From: an uncultured Candidatus Saccharibacteria bacterium
GTDB lineage: Bacteria > Patescibacteriota > Minisyncoccia > Phycocordibacterales > UBA5272
Reading direction: 5' to 3'
DNA length: 64,000 nt
Assembly (NCBI GenBank): GCA_964576685.1
Contig: CAZNVC010000001.1
Coordinates: 3,775 to 67,774 of the forward strand
Made by a program: the position numbers and the translations under genes. Positions 36,736-46,547 of this stretch are shown here, in pieces (the first letter of the stretch is position 1; each line of letters begins with the position of its first letter). The notes under the pieces are model-generated. The model saw nothing but the letters and a program-made list of their open reading frames with translations. It was not told where the DNA came from and ran no database searches.

Positions 36736-37524
36736 TCATTGTTGTAGTAACGCCCTAAGATCCACCTCTATTTTCTCTAAATTTAAATAATCAGATTCTC
36801 TAAGTTTTTTTGCGCGTAAGCTTTCTTCTTGATAACCAACCCGCACCGATCGACCAAAATCAATAATATAAGGACTACCTGTTATTGAATCTACCATTAC
36901 ATTTCGCGCCTCAAGATCGTTATGAACCACCCCAATTTCATGAAGATTATCAACGTAGGTATATAGTGTATCCATAAAGCTTTTAAGATTAAAGGATTCT
37001 GGTAATGCATTATTCCCTAAGATAATATTCTGTAAATTTATTGCAGAAAGCTCTTCCATAACAAAAGCATAGAAATCATTTTTGCAATTAAGTAACTGTA
37101 ACGGTCTTGGACATTTTGTGATTTCGTCTGTATTAAGCGAAGCAACATCACTTTGTATACGAAACTCTTCGATGGGATCATTTCCTCTATCTGCTGTATG
37201 ATACGAATCCCGTGTATGTCTCATTACTTTGATACATACTTTTTTATCTTCTCCGTCAGGCGACTCAAAGCTGTATACTCTCCCCTTCCCTCCTTTTCCA
37301 AGATAATTATTTTCGTTCCAAAGACTACGAGCAACAAGATCATAGTATCTTTTTTGATCTGGGTAGTGGAGCCCTTTGTTTTCTAGATATTGTCTTATTC
37401 TTAGTAACTTCAAATTATCAATAATAATTTCAAAGTTTTCTGGTATCGGTTGCAACGTTGACCAGCTCTCGAGTTTATTCGTTGCAACTTCCACAGTATT
37501 ACTTTCTAGATTGTTGAATGACAT
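36736..37524 (-). CDS. Eukaryotic-like protein kinase fold protein (Ser/Thr kinase / RIO-Kdo-kinase-like)
   Basis: 262 aa. Gly-rich loop GKGGKGRVY, VAIK-like VCIKVM, catalytic loop HNDLEARNVMV, DFG IIDFGRS. Confidence 0.6.
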   Translation of the reverse strand: MSFNNLESNTVEVATNKLESWSTLQPIPENFEIIIDNLKLLRIRQYLENKGLHYPDQKRYYDLVARSLWNENNYLGKGGKGRVYSFESPDGEDKKVCIKVMRHTRDSYHTADRGNDPIEEFRIQSDVASLNTDEITKCPRPLQLLNCKNDFYAFVMEELSAINLQNIILGNNALPESFNLKSFMDTLYTYVDNLHEIGVVHNDLEARNVMVDSITGSPYIIDFGRSVRVGYQEESLRAKKLRESDYLNLEKIEVDLRALLQQ

Positions 37525-37532
37525 ACGTAAAA

Positions 37533-38069
37533 TTATTTTCCATTATACACCTCCATAGCCTTTTGATACCCCTCTTTTGTAATTACTTGTATCGCGCCAA
37601 GTACTCGTGAAGCAATGAGACGGAGCATTTCCTCTTCCTCTTCTTTAATAATCCCCATCACATACTTCTGTACCCCTTCACCGTGAGGAGCTTTTACCTC
37701 CTTACCATCGACTTCCTTTGGGGCAATGCCAATACGGATGCGAATAAAATCCTTCTTCTGTAAGACCTCAATAATACTTCGCACACCATTATGACCCCCA
37801 TCTCCCCTATCATATGAAATACGAAATGTTCCATATGGCAAATCCTTATCATCATACATCACTACGATTTCTCTCCCCTTATGATACTTAAGGTAGTCAC
37901 GCACTGCTACTCCACTTTCATTCATAAAAGTACTTGGTATCATTATCTCGCAATCAACAATCTTCATTACTTCATCTTTAATCATCGAAAGGAGTACTCG
38001 GGCAACATTGTGACGAGTGTGAGCATACTTCTCCCCTGGGTTACCGAGCGGAATAAGTGTGTACATCAT
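37533..38069 (-). CDS. pth: Peptidyl-tRNA hydrolase
   Basis: 178 aa. LIPLGNPGEKYAHTRHNV is the Pth N-terminal signature. Confidence 0.85.
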   Translation of the reverse strand: MMYTLIPLGNPGEKYAHTRHNVARVLLSMIKDEVMKIVDCEIMIPSTFMNESGVAVRDYLKYHKGREIVVMYDDKDLPYGTFRISYDRGDGGHNGVRSIIEVLQKKDFIRIRIGIAPKEVDGKEVKAPHGEGVQKYVMGIIKEEEEEMLRLIASRVLGAIQVITKEGYQKAMEVYNGK

Positions 38070-38150
38070 GATTAAAAGTGTAACACACTCCTTGATTTTA
38101 AAAATTATTAATTATTATTTTTTAATTTTCAAAACAATAAAAAAGAAAAC

Positions 38151-38918
38151 TTGCATGTACTGTTCTGTATCTATATACTGGGAGTCACAATGTTTTCTTC
38201 TATTGCAAATGCCGTCTTCAGTTCAGTTTCTGACATGACGCAGAATCCAGTCTCGATTACTATCTTTGGAATTCTTTCTCTTGTGATCGTCTTGTTAGGG
38301 ATTGCAATATTCTCTCCTGCTGTGCGCGACATGCTTGTTCGTATAAAGCTTCTCGAAGAAGATGAAGAGCCTTCGTCACTCCTTATCTGGATTATTGGTA
38401 TCATCATTCTTGTGAAGCTTGTTCAAGCATTTCTTATTCAACCATTTATAGTTGATGGGGCATCGATGCTTCCTACCTACCATAATCAAGAATTTTTATT
38501 GGTAGACAAGCTATCCTATCATCTTGAAGCACCATCTCGTGGAGATATTATGATTTTTAAACTCTACGAAAATAACAATAACCCCTATGAAGGGAAACAT
38601 CTCATTAAGCGAGTGATAGGACTCCCTAATGAGCGGGTAGTTGTAAAAGGTGGCGTTACCACCATTTACAACACAAAAAATCCTAATGGATTTATTCTTG
38701 ATGAGCCGTACGTTGAATACAAAGAGACACAAAAAGACGTTGATTTAACATTAAACGATCATCAGTACTTTGTGATGGGCGATAATCGTGCTCAAAGTTA
38801 TGATAGCCGTGATTGGGGGGCACTTGATGCGGTGAATATTAAAGGCCAAGTCCTTTTTAGAATATACCCCTTCAAGGCGGCCGGGTATGAACCTGGAAGG
38901 TATTCATTTATAAAATAA
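38151..38918 (+). CDS. lepB: Signal peptidase I (S26 family)
   Basis: GASMLPTY (Ser nucleophile), KRVIGLPNE, GDNRAQSYDSRDWG (box E). Confidence 0.85.
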   Translation: MHVLFCIYILGVTMFSSIANAVFSSVSDMTQNPVSITIFGILSLVIVLLGIAIFSPAVRDMLVRIKLLEEDEEPSSLLIWIIGIIILVKLVQAFLIQPFIVDGASMLPTYHNQEFLLVDKLSYHLEAPSRGDIMIFKLYENNNNPYEGKHLIKRVIGLPNERVVVKGGVTTIYNTKNPNGFILDEPYVEYKETQKDVDLTLNDHQYFVMGDNRAQSYDSRDWGALDAVNIKGQVLFRIYPFKAAGYEPGRYSFIK

Positions 38919-38952
38919 ATAAGGGACATCTAAGCATAACAACCACCACTGT

Positions 38953-40260
38953 ATGAATGAAAATGAAAAACAACCAAAGAAAGAGGTTCCAACATCACTA
39001 AAAGGGATGTTCGATGTGATGGACGAAACCTATTATGCCTACCAAGGACTCTTTGAAAAAGCTCAGGAGATCGCTGTTTACTATGGGTTTAAACCAATAG
39101 AGACACCTGTACTTGAACGAGAAGATGTCTTTGTCTCAGCAATTGGAGAAGGAACTGATGTCATTGATAAAGAAATTTATGCATTCAGATCAAAAGGAGG
39201 CGAGCGTCTTGCAATGCGCCCAGAATACACTGCCTCAATTATGCGTGCATATCTTGAGCACGGCATGCAAACTCTTCCACAGCCGGTAATGCTTTACTCA
39301 TACGGGCAGGTCTTTCGTCATGAAAATCCTCAGAAGGGTCGTCTACGACAGTTTAGACAATTTAACCTCGAGATACTCGGGACTTCAAAATCAATCGCTG
39401 ATGCTCTCATTATTCGTACCCTCACTACTATTCTTGAAGAATATGGTTTTAAAGATCTTATTGTTGATATCAACTCGATGGGTGACAAAGAGACTCGGCC
39501 AACATTTATCAAAGAACTTACAAATTATTACAAAAAGCATCTTGAGAGCTTGTGTAAGGATTGTCATGAGCGTATCAAGACGAACCCACTTCGTCTTCTT
39601 GATTGTAAGCAAGCACAATGTCAGCCATTTAAAGATAATGCGCCGTCATCACTCTCCTATCTCTCAAATGATGCACGCACACATTTCAAGGAAGTACTTC
39701 AATATCTCGAGGAGATGGGTATTCAATACCGTATCAACAACTCTCTGGTGCGTGGACTTGATTATTACACACGTACAGTTTTTGAAGTCATTAAAGTTGA
39801 TGTTGACGAAAATGGAAAGGAGCGTGAGATAACAATCACAGGTGGAGGCCGTTATGACGGTCTTGCTAAAATGATGGGAGGGAAAAAAGATGTCCCTGCT
39901 GTTGGAACAGGGCTTGGTATCGAACGCATTATGATGTTCCCTGAATGTAAAGCACCTTCTCCTCGCATCATTAAAACACCAAAAGTATATTTTATTCAGC
40001 TCGGATTCGAAGCAAAATTAAAGAGCCTCTGTATTATGGAGACTCTTCGCAAGAACCGTATTCCTGTGTATCAATCTATATCAAAGGATTCTCTTAGCAC
40101 ACAACTCTCCTCAGCAGAAAAAATGGAGGTACCATACTGTATTATTTTTGGACAAAAGGAAGCAATGGATAACACCGTAATTGTTCGTCACATGGGAACA
40201 CGTTCACAAGACACCGTGAAGATAGATGCATTGTCTGACTACATTAAGCACTTAAAGTAG
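38953..40260 (+). CDS. hisS: Histidine--tRNA ligase
   Basis: 435 aa. RLAMRPEYTASIMRAY...QVFRHENPQKGRLRQFRQFNLEILG (class II motif 2; HisRS-specific). Confidence 0.85.
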   Translation: MNENEKQPKKEVPTSLKGMFDVMDETYYAYQGLFEKAQEIAVYYGFKPIETPVLEREDVFVSAIGEGTDVIDKEIYAFRSKGGERLAMRPEYTASIMRAYLEHGMQTLPQPVMLYSYGQVFRHENPQKGRLRQFRQFNLEILGTSKSIADALIIRTLTTILEEYGFKDLIVDINSMGDKETRPTFIKELTNYYKKHLESLCKDCHERIKTNPLRLLDCKQAQCQPFKDNAPSSLSYLSNDARTHFKEVLQYLEEMGIQYRINNSLVRGLDYYTRTVFEVIKVDVDENGKEREITITGGGRYDGLAKMMGGKKDVPAVGTGLGIERIMMFPECKAPSPRIIKTPKVYFIQLGFEAKLKSLCIMETLRKNRIPVYQSISKDSLSTQLSSAEKMEVPYCIIFGQKEAMDNTVIVRHMGTRSQDTVKIDALSDYIKHLK

Positions 40261-40374
40261 TAGTTGCTACATAAGTAATCTTTTAAGAGGAGGAAAGAAG
40301 ACTCTGGTATCGATTTGACAAAAATTGTTGGTTGAATAAAATTGTTTTAATTATGTTCATTATGGAGAAGGTGT

Positions 40375-40764
40375 GTGAACTATCCATCACTTTTTGTGGG
40401 GTGTATGATGGTTGCTCTGGTCTCTTTCTTTATCTACACTGAATATCACGCCAGAAAAAGTCTAAAGAGTGTCATCGATTGGTGTGACACAAGTGATGCA
40501 TTTTTTTATTGGAAGACAACAAACCCTTCTGTCTACATAGGACTTTCTGATGAAGGCAAAAGGTTACTGAGAGATTTAATACTTGCGTGGGATCGTTTTG
40601 TGACCATGCATCCGTATTGTCGAAATGACAAATACCGAGAACATCTAATGAGCCTTTTTGATGACCTCCCTCCACGACCATATAGGCCGTGGCCAAAAAC
40701 AAGACTGCCTGATTCTAGGGCAGTTTTTATTTTTGACAAAACCATACGCATACTAGTAGTATAG
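40375..40764 (+). CDS. Hypothetical protein (N-terminal TM)
   Basis: 129 aa ORF only. Confidence 0.3.
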   Translation: MNYPSLFVGCMMVALVSFFIYTEYHARKSLKSVIDWCDTSDAFFYWKTTNPSVYIGLSDEGKRLLRDLILAWDRFVTMHPYCRNDKYREHLMSLFDDLPPRPYRPWPKTRLPDSRAVFIFDKTIRILVV

Positions 40765-40793
40765 TAAGTGAATCATGTAACTAACCCCTTACC

Positions 40794-41117
40794 ATGGGAG
40801 AGAGTGAAGTGAGTAGAACTTTAACCAACATTAGAGAAAGAATTGTCATTATCGATACCTCTGTTTCTAATTTGCTAACAGAAAAACAAAGACTACTTAT
40901 GTTTCTTAAGCGGCCAGTCCAAAACATTTTTGACGGCGTTGATGCAAAAGACATAAAGACTATTGTCGATATCTTGGAACAGATTGAAATTCACACCGTA
41001 GAAGACTTGCTTCGATGTGAAAAGAAAACCCTTCTGGGAATGTTTTCAAGAGAAGCAAAAGATAAAATTCTTGCCATCAATGATGCCCTTGAACGACACA
41101 GCCTTTCCATTCTTTAA
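40794..41117 (+). CDS. Hypothetical protein
   Basis: 107 aa ORF only; no motif recognised. Confidence 0.3.
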   Translation: MGESEVSRTLTNIRERIVIIDTSVSNLLTEKQRLLMFLKRPVQNIFDGVDAKDIKTIVDILEQIEIHTVEDLLRCEKKTLLGMFSREAKDKILAINDALERHSLSIL

Positions 41118-41254
41118 GAAAGCAAGTTACACCCTTTATGACGAACACACAATACAGCAACTGAAAAGTTGCTGTATTCTTGTTTTAGATGAGAAATAAG
41201 AATAAGGTGTGACTGTTGCCAAATCTTCCTTCTTGTGATAAAATTCCCCTACAT

Positions 41255-41503
41255 ATGTCAAACGTCAACGTAGAAGTTAAAAGAAATTCAAGTGAAAACG
41301 CCCTTTCTCTTGTTCGTCGCTTTCAAAAGCGTGTACAAGAGTCCGGTGTCCTCCCACGTGTACGAGGTATTCGTTATAACGACCGACCTCTCTCAGTACT
41401 TAAGACAAAGCGAGCAAAATTGAAGAAACTTGCCAACCTTGCAAAGTACGAAGAAGATAAGCGAATGGGAAAGGTTATCGAAAGAAAGAAAGGACGAAGA
41501 TAG
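41255..41503 (+). CDS. rpsU: 30S ribosomal protein S21
   Basis: MSNVNVEVKRNSSENALSLVRRFQKRVQESGVLPRVRGIRY...KRAKLKKL matches the S21 pattern. Confidence 0.7.
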   Translation: MSNVNVEVKRNSSENALSLVRRFQKRVQESGVLPRVRGIRYNDRPLSVLKTKRAKLKKLANLAKYEEDKRMGKVIERKKGRR

Positions 41504-41571
41504 ATACCAGAAAAGATAAGGAGCGCCGGAAGGCGCTCCTTGCTCCGTAAATAAATCAACATCGTAGTACC

Positions 41572-41970
41572 ATGGCACTCCTTGAAACAAAAACACTCAC
41601 CGTTATCCGCAAAAACGGTCCACTTCCAGAAATACCATTTTCAAAAATAAAAGAAACCATTCTCGACAAGGGGTATATTCTTACAATTATTTTTTGTAGC
41701 GAAGAAGAATCACGAACACGTAATCAAGCATATAGAGAAAAAGATTACCCGACTAACATTCTTTCTTTTCCGCTAGAAAAAAACGAAGGAGAAATCTATA
41801 TATCACTTGCCGTTGCTCGAAAAGATGCCAAAAAATTCGAAATGTCCTACCGAGAATTTCTCCACCTCCTTATCATACATGGGATGCTCCATTTGAAAGG
41901 ACACGACCATGGTAGTACAATGGAGGAGTTGGAAGTGAAGTATTGTAAAAAATTTTTCCGTGGCAAATAA
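41572..41970 (+). CDS. ybeY: rRNA maturation RNase YbeY
   Basis: HLLIHGMLHLKGHDH zinc-binding H-x3-H-x5-H motif. Confidence 0.8.
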   Translation: MALLETKTLTVIRKNGPLPEIPFSKIKETILDKGYILTIIFCSEEESRTRNQAYREKDYPTNILSFPLEKNEGEIYISLAVARKDAKKFEMSYREFLHLLIIHGMLHLKGHDHGSTMEELEVKYCKKFFRGK

Positions 41971-43129
41971 CTCGAGAGATATGATAGTAGGGATAGATAT
42001 CGGTTCTGGAAATCTCCGCGCAGTCGGAGCTGTTCGACGTGAAGGAATAAAATATCCTGTCGTCGTAGGAACGTTTAAAAAATCAATTGATGGCATGGAT
42101 AGAGGAAATATTCTCGATGAGAGAGAAGTGATAAACGCCATCAGTGATGCAATCATCTCTCTGGAAGAACAATCTGGTATTACTACTTTACATACTCTCA
42201 TTTCTCTTGGTGCGGTTGGCCTTACCTCTCATCATACAAGTGGCTATGCGCAAGTCTCCCGTGGAGATGCCTCTGTTACTGATCTTGATATTGAAAATGC
42301 GATTAAGGATGGTAACCGAGCCATTCCTGACATCCGTAATAAATCCATCGTTCATGCTATTCCAATGGACTACAAAGTAGATGGCAACAAGATACAGGGA
42401 AGCATTATCGGCGTTCGAGGTAACAAACTCGAAGCAAAAACATTGTTCGTCACCTACCCTCTCCAGTGCATGAATGTGCTAAAAAAAACACTTGAGAGCG
42501 CTCAAGTTCGTATTACAGATATTGTTGCCGGACCTATTGCAGAAAGCATCCCCCTTCTTACTAAGAAACAGAAAGTAGCCGGTGTCGCACTCGTGAATAT
42601 TGGCCAAGCGGTAACATCACTTCTTGTCTACGAAAAAAATATCCCTCTCCTTGTGTCCACAATTCCAGTTGGTGGCGATGACATCACGAAAGACATTGCG
42701 CTTGGTATGAAAATTACTCTTGAAGAAGCAGAGGAAGTGAAATGTGGAAGAGCAACGAGCGCCTATTCAAAAAGAAAAGTAGAAGAAATTATTGAGGCAC
42801 GTCTCGAGGATCTTTGTATGAAGATTACAAAAGAACTCTCTCGTATACAGCGTTCTGAATTACTCCCTGCAGGGATCATCGTATGTGGATCATCTGCACT
42901 TGTCCCTCGTCTTGAATTTATTTTTAGAAATGAGTTACGTCTTCCTATAAAAATAGTAAGTAATGAACTTGTAAGAATCACTAATGATACGCTTCGTGAT
43001 AGTGGTTGGGCGCGAAGTTATGGACTCACCTTCTTAGCTCCTCATGATAGTGAAAAAGATGCTTTCAAGGAACTTTTAACATCATTTTTCACTCGTGTCA
43101 AAAAAATTGTTTCTCAGTTTTTACCTTAA
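41960..43129 (+). CDS. ftsA: Cell division protein FtsA
   Basis: 389 aa actin-fold ATPase; MIVGIDIGSGNLRAV N-terminus; immediately upstream of ftsZ. Confidence 0.8.
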   Translation: MANNSRDMIVGIDIGSGNLRAVGAVRREGIKYPVVVGTFKKSIDGMDRGNILDEREVINAISDAIISLEEQSGITTLHTLISLGAVGLTSHHTSGYAQVSRGDASVTDLDIENAIKDGNRAIPDIRNKSIVHAIPMDYKVDGNKIQGSIIGVRGNKLEAKTLFVTYPLQCMNVLKKTLESAQVRITDIVAGPIAESIPLLTKKQKVAGVALVNIGQAVTSLLVYEKNIPLLVSTIPVGGDDITKDIALGMKITLEEAEEVKCGRATSAYSKRKVEEIIEARLEDLCMKITKELSRIQRSELLPAGIIVCGSSALVPRLEFIFRNELRLPIKIVSNELVRITNDTLRDSGWARSYGLTFLAPHDSEKDAFKELLTSFFTRVKKIVSQFLP

Positions 43130-43234
43130 TAAATAAGACTTTTTTACTTATTGTCACTAAAAAAGGCCCCTTTGCAAAAAAGCGCTACAGTTGGTATAGT
43201 TACTATATAATAACGTAATGACACCAAACCCCTT

Positions 43235-44500
43235 ATGGCAAAAGTAAACCCGGAAATTGAAAGCTTCGCACGCATCAAAGTAATTGGTATCGGAGGATCA
43301 GGAAAAGGAGCTCTCAACCACATGATTAACTCTAAACTTCAAGGAGTTGAGTTCGTTGCGATGAACACTGATACACAAGATCTTCATCACTCACTTGCAG
43401 AGAAGAAAATTCATATTGGAAAAAATCTTACCAAAGGGCTTGGTGCTGGAATGGATCCAGAAGTAGGAAAGCGTAGTGCTGAAGAAACACGTGAAGAAAT
43501 TCAAGATGTCATTAAGGGAGCTGACATGGTCTTTATCGCAGGAGGAATGGGTGGAGGAACAGCAACGGGAGCTGCTCCTGTAGTTGCTTCGGTTGCAAAG
43601 AATGAAGGGATTCTTACCATCGGTGTTGTCACCAAGCCATTCTTTTTTGAAGGAGCAACACGCATGAAGCTTGCAGAGCGTGGACTTGAAGAACTTGAAA
43701 AGGAGGTCGATGCACTTATTGTTATCCCTAACGATAGACTCCTTTCAGTAATCGACAAAAATACTACCGTTAAGCAAGCCTTTGAGATGTGTGACGAGGT
43801 CCTCAAGCAAGCGGTTGAAGGTATCTCAGATATCATTCGTACCGCAGGAACGATCAACCTCGACTTTGCTGACATCAAGAGAATTCTTAAAGATTCAGGA
43901 ACCGCACTTATGGGTGTTGGTCGTGGAATGGGAGAGAACCGTGCACGTGAAGCGGCAACCGCTGCAGTGAATTCCCCTCTTCTTGATGTTTCTATTCATG
44001 GGGCAAAAGGAGTTCTCTTTGCAATCTATGGCGCTGAAGATCTTGGAATGCTTGAAGTACAAGAAGCTGCAAAGATTATCACCGAGTCAGTGGATAAAGA
44101 TGCAAAGATTATCTTTGGTATTGCAACTGACCCAACACTCAAGAAAGATGAGATTAAAGTAACAGTCATCGCAACAGGATTCCCAAGTGTCTTTTCAAGT
44201 CGAGTAGCTCCACCAACTGCTCATGCTCACCAAGCGCATGAAGCGCCTGTAAAAGAAAAAGAGGAAGCACTCCGCCCAGAACCTCGCCTTGATAAAAAGG
44301 AAACTATTCGCGAGACAATGACCACCGCTTCTCCTGACAATCGTATTGATAATGAGCTCGCAGAAGGAGAAACAAAACTTGTTGAGGACACCACAAAGAA
44401 AGCAACAACTCCTGCTAAGAAACCAGTATTTAAATTTGATGAAGAGGAGGAAGACGATGAATGGGAAGCGTTACCACCATTTCTCCGAAGAAAGAAGTAG
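43235..44500 (+). CDS. ftsZ: Cell division protein FtsZ
   Basis: IKVIGIGGSGKGALNHM, tubulin signature GGMGGGTATGAAPVVA, T7 loop, and a long acidic/Lys-rich C-terminal tail. Confidence 0.9.
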   Translation: MAKVNPEIESFARIKVIGIGGSGKGALNHMINSKLQGVEFVAMNTDTQDLHHSLAEKKIHIGKNLTKGLGAGMDPEVGKRSAEETREEIQDVIKGADMVFIAGGMGGGTATGAAPVVASVAKNEGILTIGVVTKPFFFEGATRMKLAERGLEELEKEVDALIVIPNDRLLSVIDKNTTVKQAFEMCDEVLKQAVEGISDIIRTAGTINLDFADIKRILKDSGTALMGVGRGMGENRAREAATAAVNSPLLDVSIHGAKGVLFAIYGAEDLGMLEVQEAAKIITESVDKDAKIIFGIATDPTLKKDEIKVTVIATGFPSVFSSRVAPPTAHAHQAHEAPVKEKEEALRPEPRLDKKETIRETMTTASPDNRIDNELAEGETKLVEDTTKKATTPAKKPVFKFDEEEEDDEWEALPPFLRRKK

Positions 44501-44519
44501 GAAATTAAATATACCGTTT

Positions 44520-44562
44520 AACGCAATAAGGACCTGGTCGCGACCCGGTCCTTTTGTAATAC
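44520..44562 (+). terminator. Intrinsic terminator after ftsZ
   Basis: aaggacctggtcgcgacccggtccttttg. Confidence 0.55.
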
Positions 44563-44648
44563 TTATTTAAAAAAAGTAACAGTAACATTGTCATGCTATA
44601 CTTTTCTCATCGTATCTATTACTAATAATGAATTACTGATAACTATTT

Positions 44649-45557
44649 ATGTACGACTTAATCATCATCGGTGGTGGACCAGCAGGATCTGCAGCAGCTG
44701 TGTATGCTGCACGTAAGCAATTAAAGACACTTCTTATTGTTAAAGAATGGGGTGGACAATCTACAGTCTCAGAAGATATTCAGAATTGGATTGGTACTCC
44801 TCATATTTCTGGAGCAAATCTTGCTAAAGCGCTTCGCTCCCATGTGGAAGAATACAAAGGGGACGTACTTACTATTCTTGAAGAAGAAGTCACAGGTATG
44901 AAGGGGTCAGATGGCGATTTTACCGTCACCACCTCAAAAGGTGACCACAGTGGGAAGACAATACTCATTGCAACAGGTTCAGCTCGTCGCAAGCTTGAAG
45001 TACCAGGAGCAGACACTCTTGAACATAAGGGTCTTACGTATTGTGCCTCTTGTGACGGACCCCTCTTTTCCGGTATGGATGTGGTAGTGGTTGGTGGAGG
45101 GAACGCAGGGTTTGAGTCCGCAGCACAACTTCTTGCATATTGTAAGAGTGTTACACTACTTTCCCGCAGTGCACCAAAAGCAGATGCAATCACTATTGAA
45201 AAACTAAAAAATAATCCTCACTTCACCCTCATCGAAAATGTTGCTCCGACTCGTGTTGAGGGATCTGTTTTTGTTGAATCAATTTCATATAAAGATACTG
45301 CTGGAGTCGAAATTGTGCTTCCGGTTGCAGCAGTCTTTGTAGAGATTGGCCAGATCCCGGCAACAGCGTTTGCTCAAGGATTCGTTGAAATGACTTCAAC
45401 CAGCAACATCATTACTAATCCAAGAACCCAAGAGACCTCAGTACGTGGGGTATGGGCAGCAGGTGATTGTACTGACGTACTCTATCACCAGAACAATATT
45501 GCAGCTGGAGATGCAGTTCGTGCCCTTGAAGATATCTACCTTCATCTTCACGCCTAA
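44649..45557 (+). CDS. trxB: Thioredoxin-disulfide reductase-like FAD/NAD(P) oxidoreductase
   Basis: YDLIIIGGGPAGSAAAVYAA (FAD GxGxxG), redox-active CASCDG, NADPH site VVVGGGNAG. Confidence 0.8.
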   Translation: MYDLIIIGGGPAGSAAAVYAARKQLKTLLIVKEWGGQSTVSEDIQNWIGTPHISGANLAKALRSHVEEYKGDVLTILEEEVTGMKGSDGDFTVTTSKGDHSGKTILIATGSARRKLEVPGADTLEHKGLTYCASCDGPLFSGMDVVVVGGGNAGFESAAQLLAYCKSVTLLSRSAPKADAITIEKLKNNPHFTLIENVAPTRVEGSVFVESISYKDTAGVEIVLPVAAVFVEIGQIPATAFAQGFVEMTSTSNIITNPRTQETSVRGVWAAGDCTDVLYHQNNIAAGDAVRALEDIYLHLHA

Positions 45558-45665
45558 ACAAAAACTCTAGTGATATGATTAATAGCCATCCTTAGGCTAT
45601 TTTCGAGTGTAAAGATTTGTGCTAGTATAAGTTCCTGTCTTCATATTCCAAAAAAGGATAATGAA

Positions 45666-46043
45666 ATGGTGAGAGAAATTAAAATGAGCTTTGGGCTTAC
45701 TCAAGACCAAAAAGAAAGATTCCGCACGTGGGCAACCGCTCTCCCAGAAAGTAGACTCATCGACAGACCTCGGTTTGAGTTCTTTTTTATTACAACATCA
45801 AATAACCACACAAGCATCTCTGTTGTGTGTCATGCAAGTAAAAAAAGTCTTAACCTTGGAGCCATGGAAGAAACAGGAACCTACAAGATAAGTGAAACCC
45901 CACTGAAGAAATCCTCTGTGGAGGTATTCAATACCCTCATCAATTCCTTTCCATCTGCTTCCTACACATTCTCCTTTTCACCTTCGGAGATTGGTGTTGC
46001 TACTGTGTTTTCAATCAACATTACAGATTACACTGCATGGTAG
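45666..46043 (+). CDS. Hypothetical protein
   Basis: 125 aa ORF only. Confidence 0.3.
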   Translation: MVREIKMSFGLTQDQKERFRTWATALPESRLIDRPRFEFFFITTSNNHTSISVVCHASKKSLNLGAMEETGTYKISETPLKKSSVEVFNTLINSFPSASYTFSFSPSEIGVATVFSINITDYTAW

Positions 46044-46084
46044 TCAGTACTACAAATGTAAAAGATGTCCTATGCACCGAAGTC

Positions 46085-46453
46085 CTATCGGTGCACTTTT
46101 TTATTCTTAACGTTCTGTGTAGATTTCTTTGGTAACACTGCAACCGAAAGTGCGGTGTGTAACCACACCTCAAGATCTTCTCTATGTTCATAAATCTCAG
46201 GCGGTACGAGAAAGTAGTTAAGATGTGCATCCTCTCCTTCTTTTGTATACGTAAATTGCTTACTTCCGCGTTCTATGTACCATGTAGCAAGTTCCTGTGA
46301 CCCCTTGAAATAGAGCTCTTCTTTTTCGACGATTGCAAAAGCTTTTCCTTCATAATAAAGAATGTATGCCCCCATCATTGCACGTGCAGTAATAGGTTCA
46401 TTTTCACCAAAAATATCATACAAGATATAGTCAAGAAAAGGTGTTGATTTCAT
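46085..46453 (-). CDS. TfoX/Sxy N-terminal-domain family protein
   Basis: 122 aa. ARAMMGAYILYYEGKAFAIVEKEELYFKG fits the TfoX_N pattern (R.MFG.Y.LY.DGK.FA.V..D.LYLK). Confidence 0.5.
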   Translation of the reverse strand: MKSTPFLDYILYDIFGENEPITARAMMGAYILYYEGKAFAIVEKEELYFKGSQELATWYIERGSKQFTYTKEGEDAHLNYFLVPPEIYEHREDLEVWLHTALSVAVLPKKSTQNVKNKKVHR

Positions 46454-46547
46454 CGTTGTAGTGTATCAGATTTCATAAGCAGTCTCCTCTCCCTATGGAT
46501 GACAGATAACTCACAACTGCGTCCATTAAATTTGATATACTTCTTCC

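Noticed and set aside
39320-39832. ORF 39320..39832 (+) 170 aa and other internal ORFs in hisS, gyrA, pilB
   Set aside because: Embedded out-of-frame within well-supported housekeeping genes.
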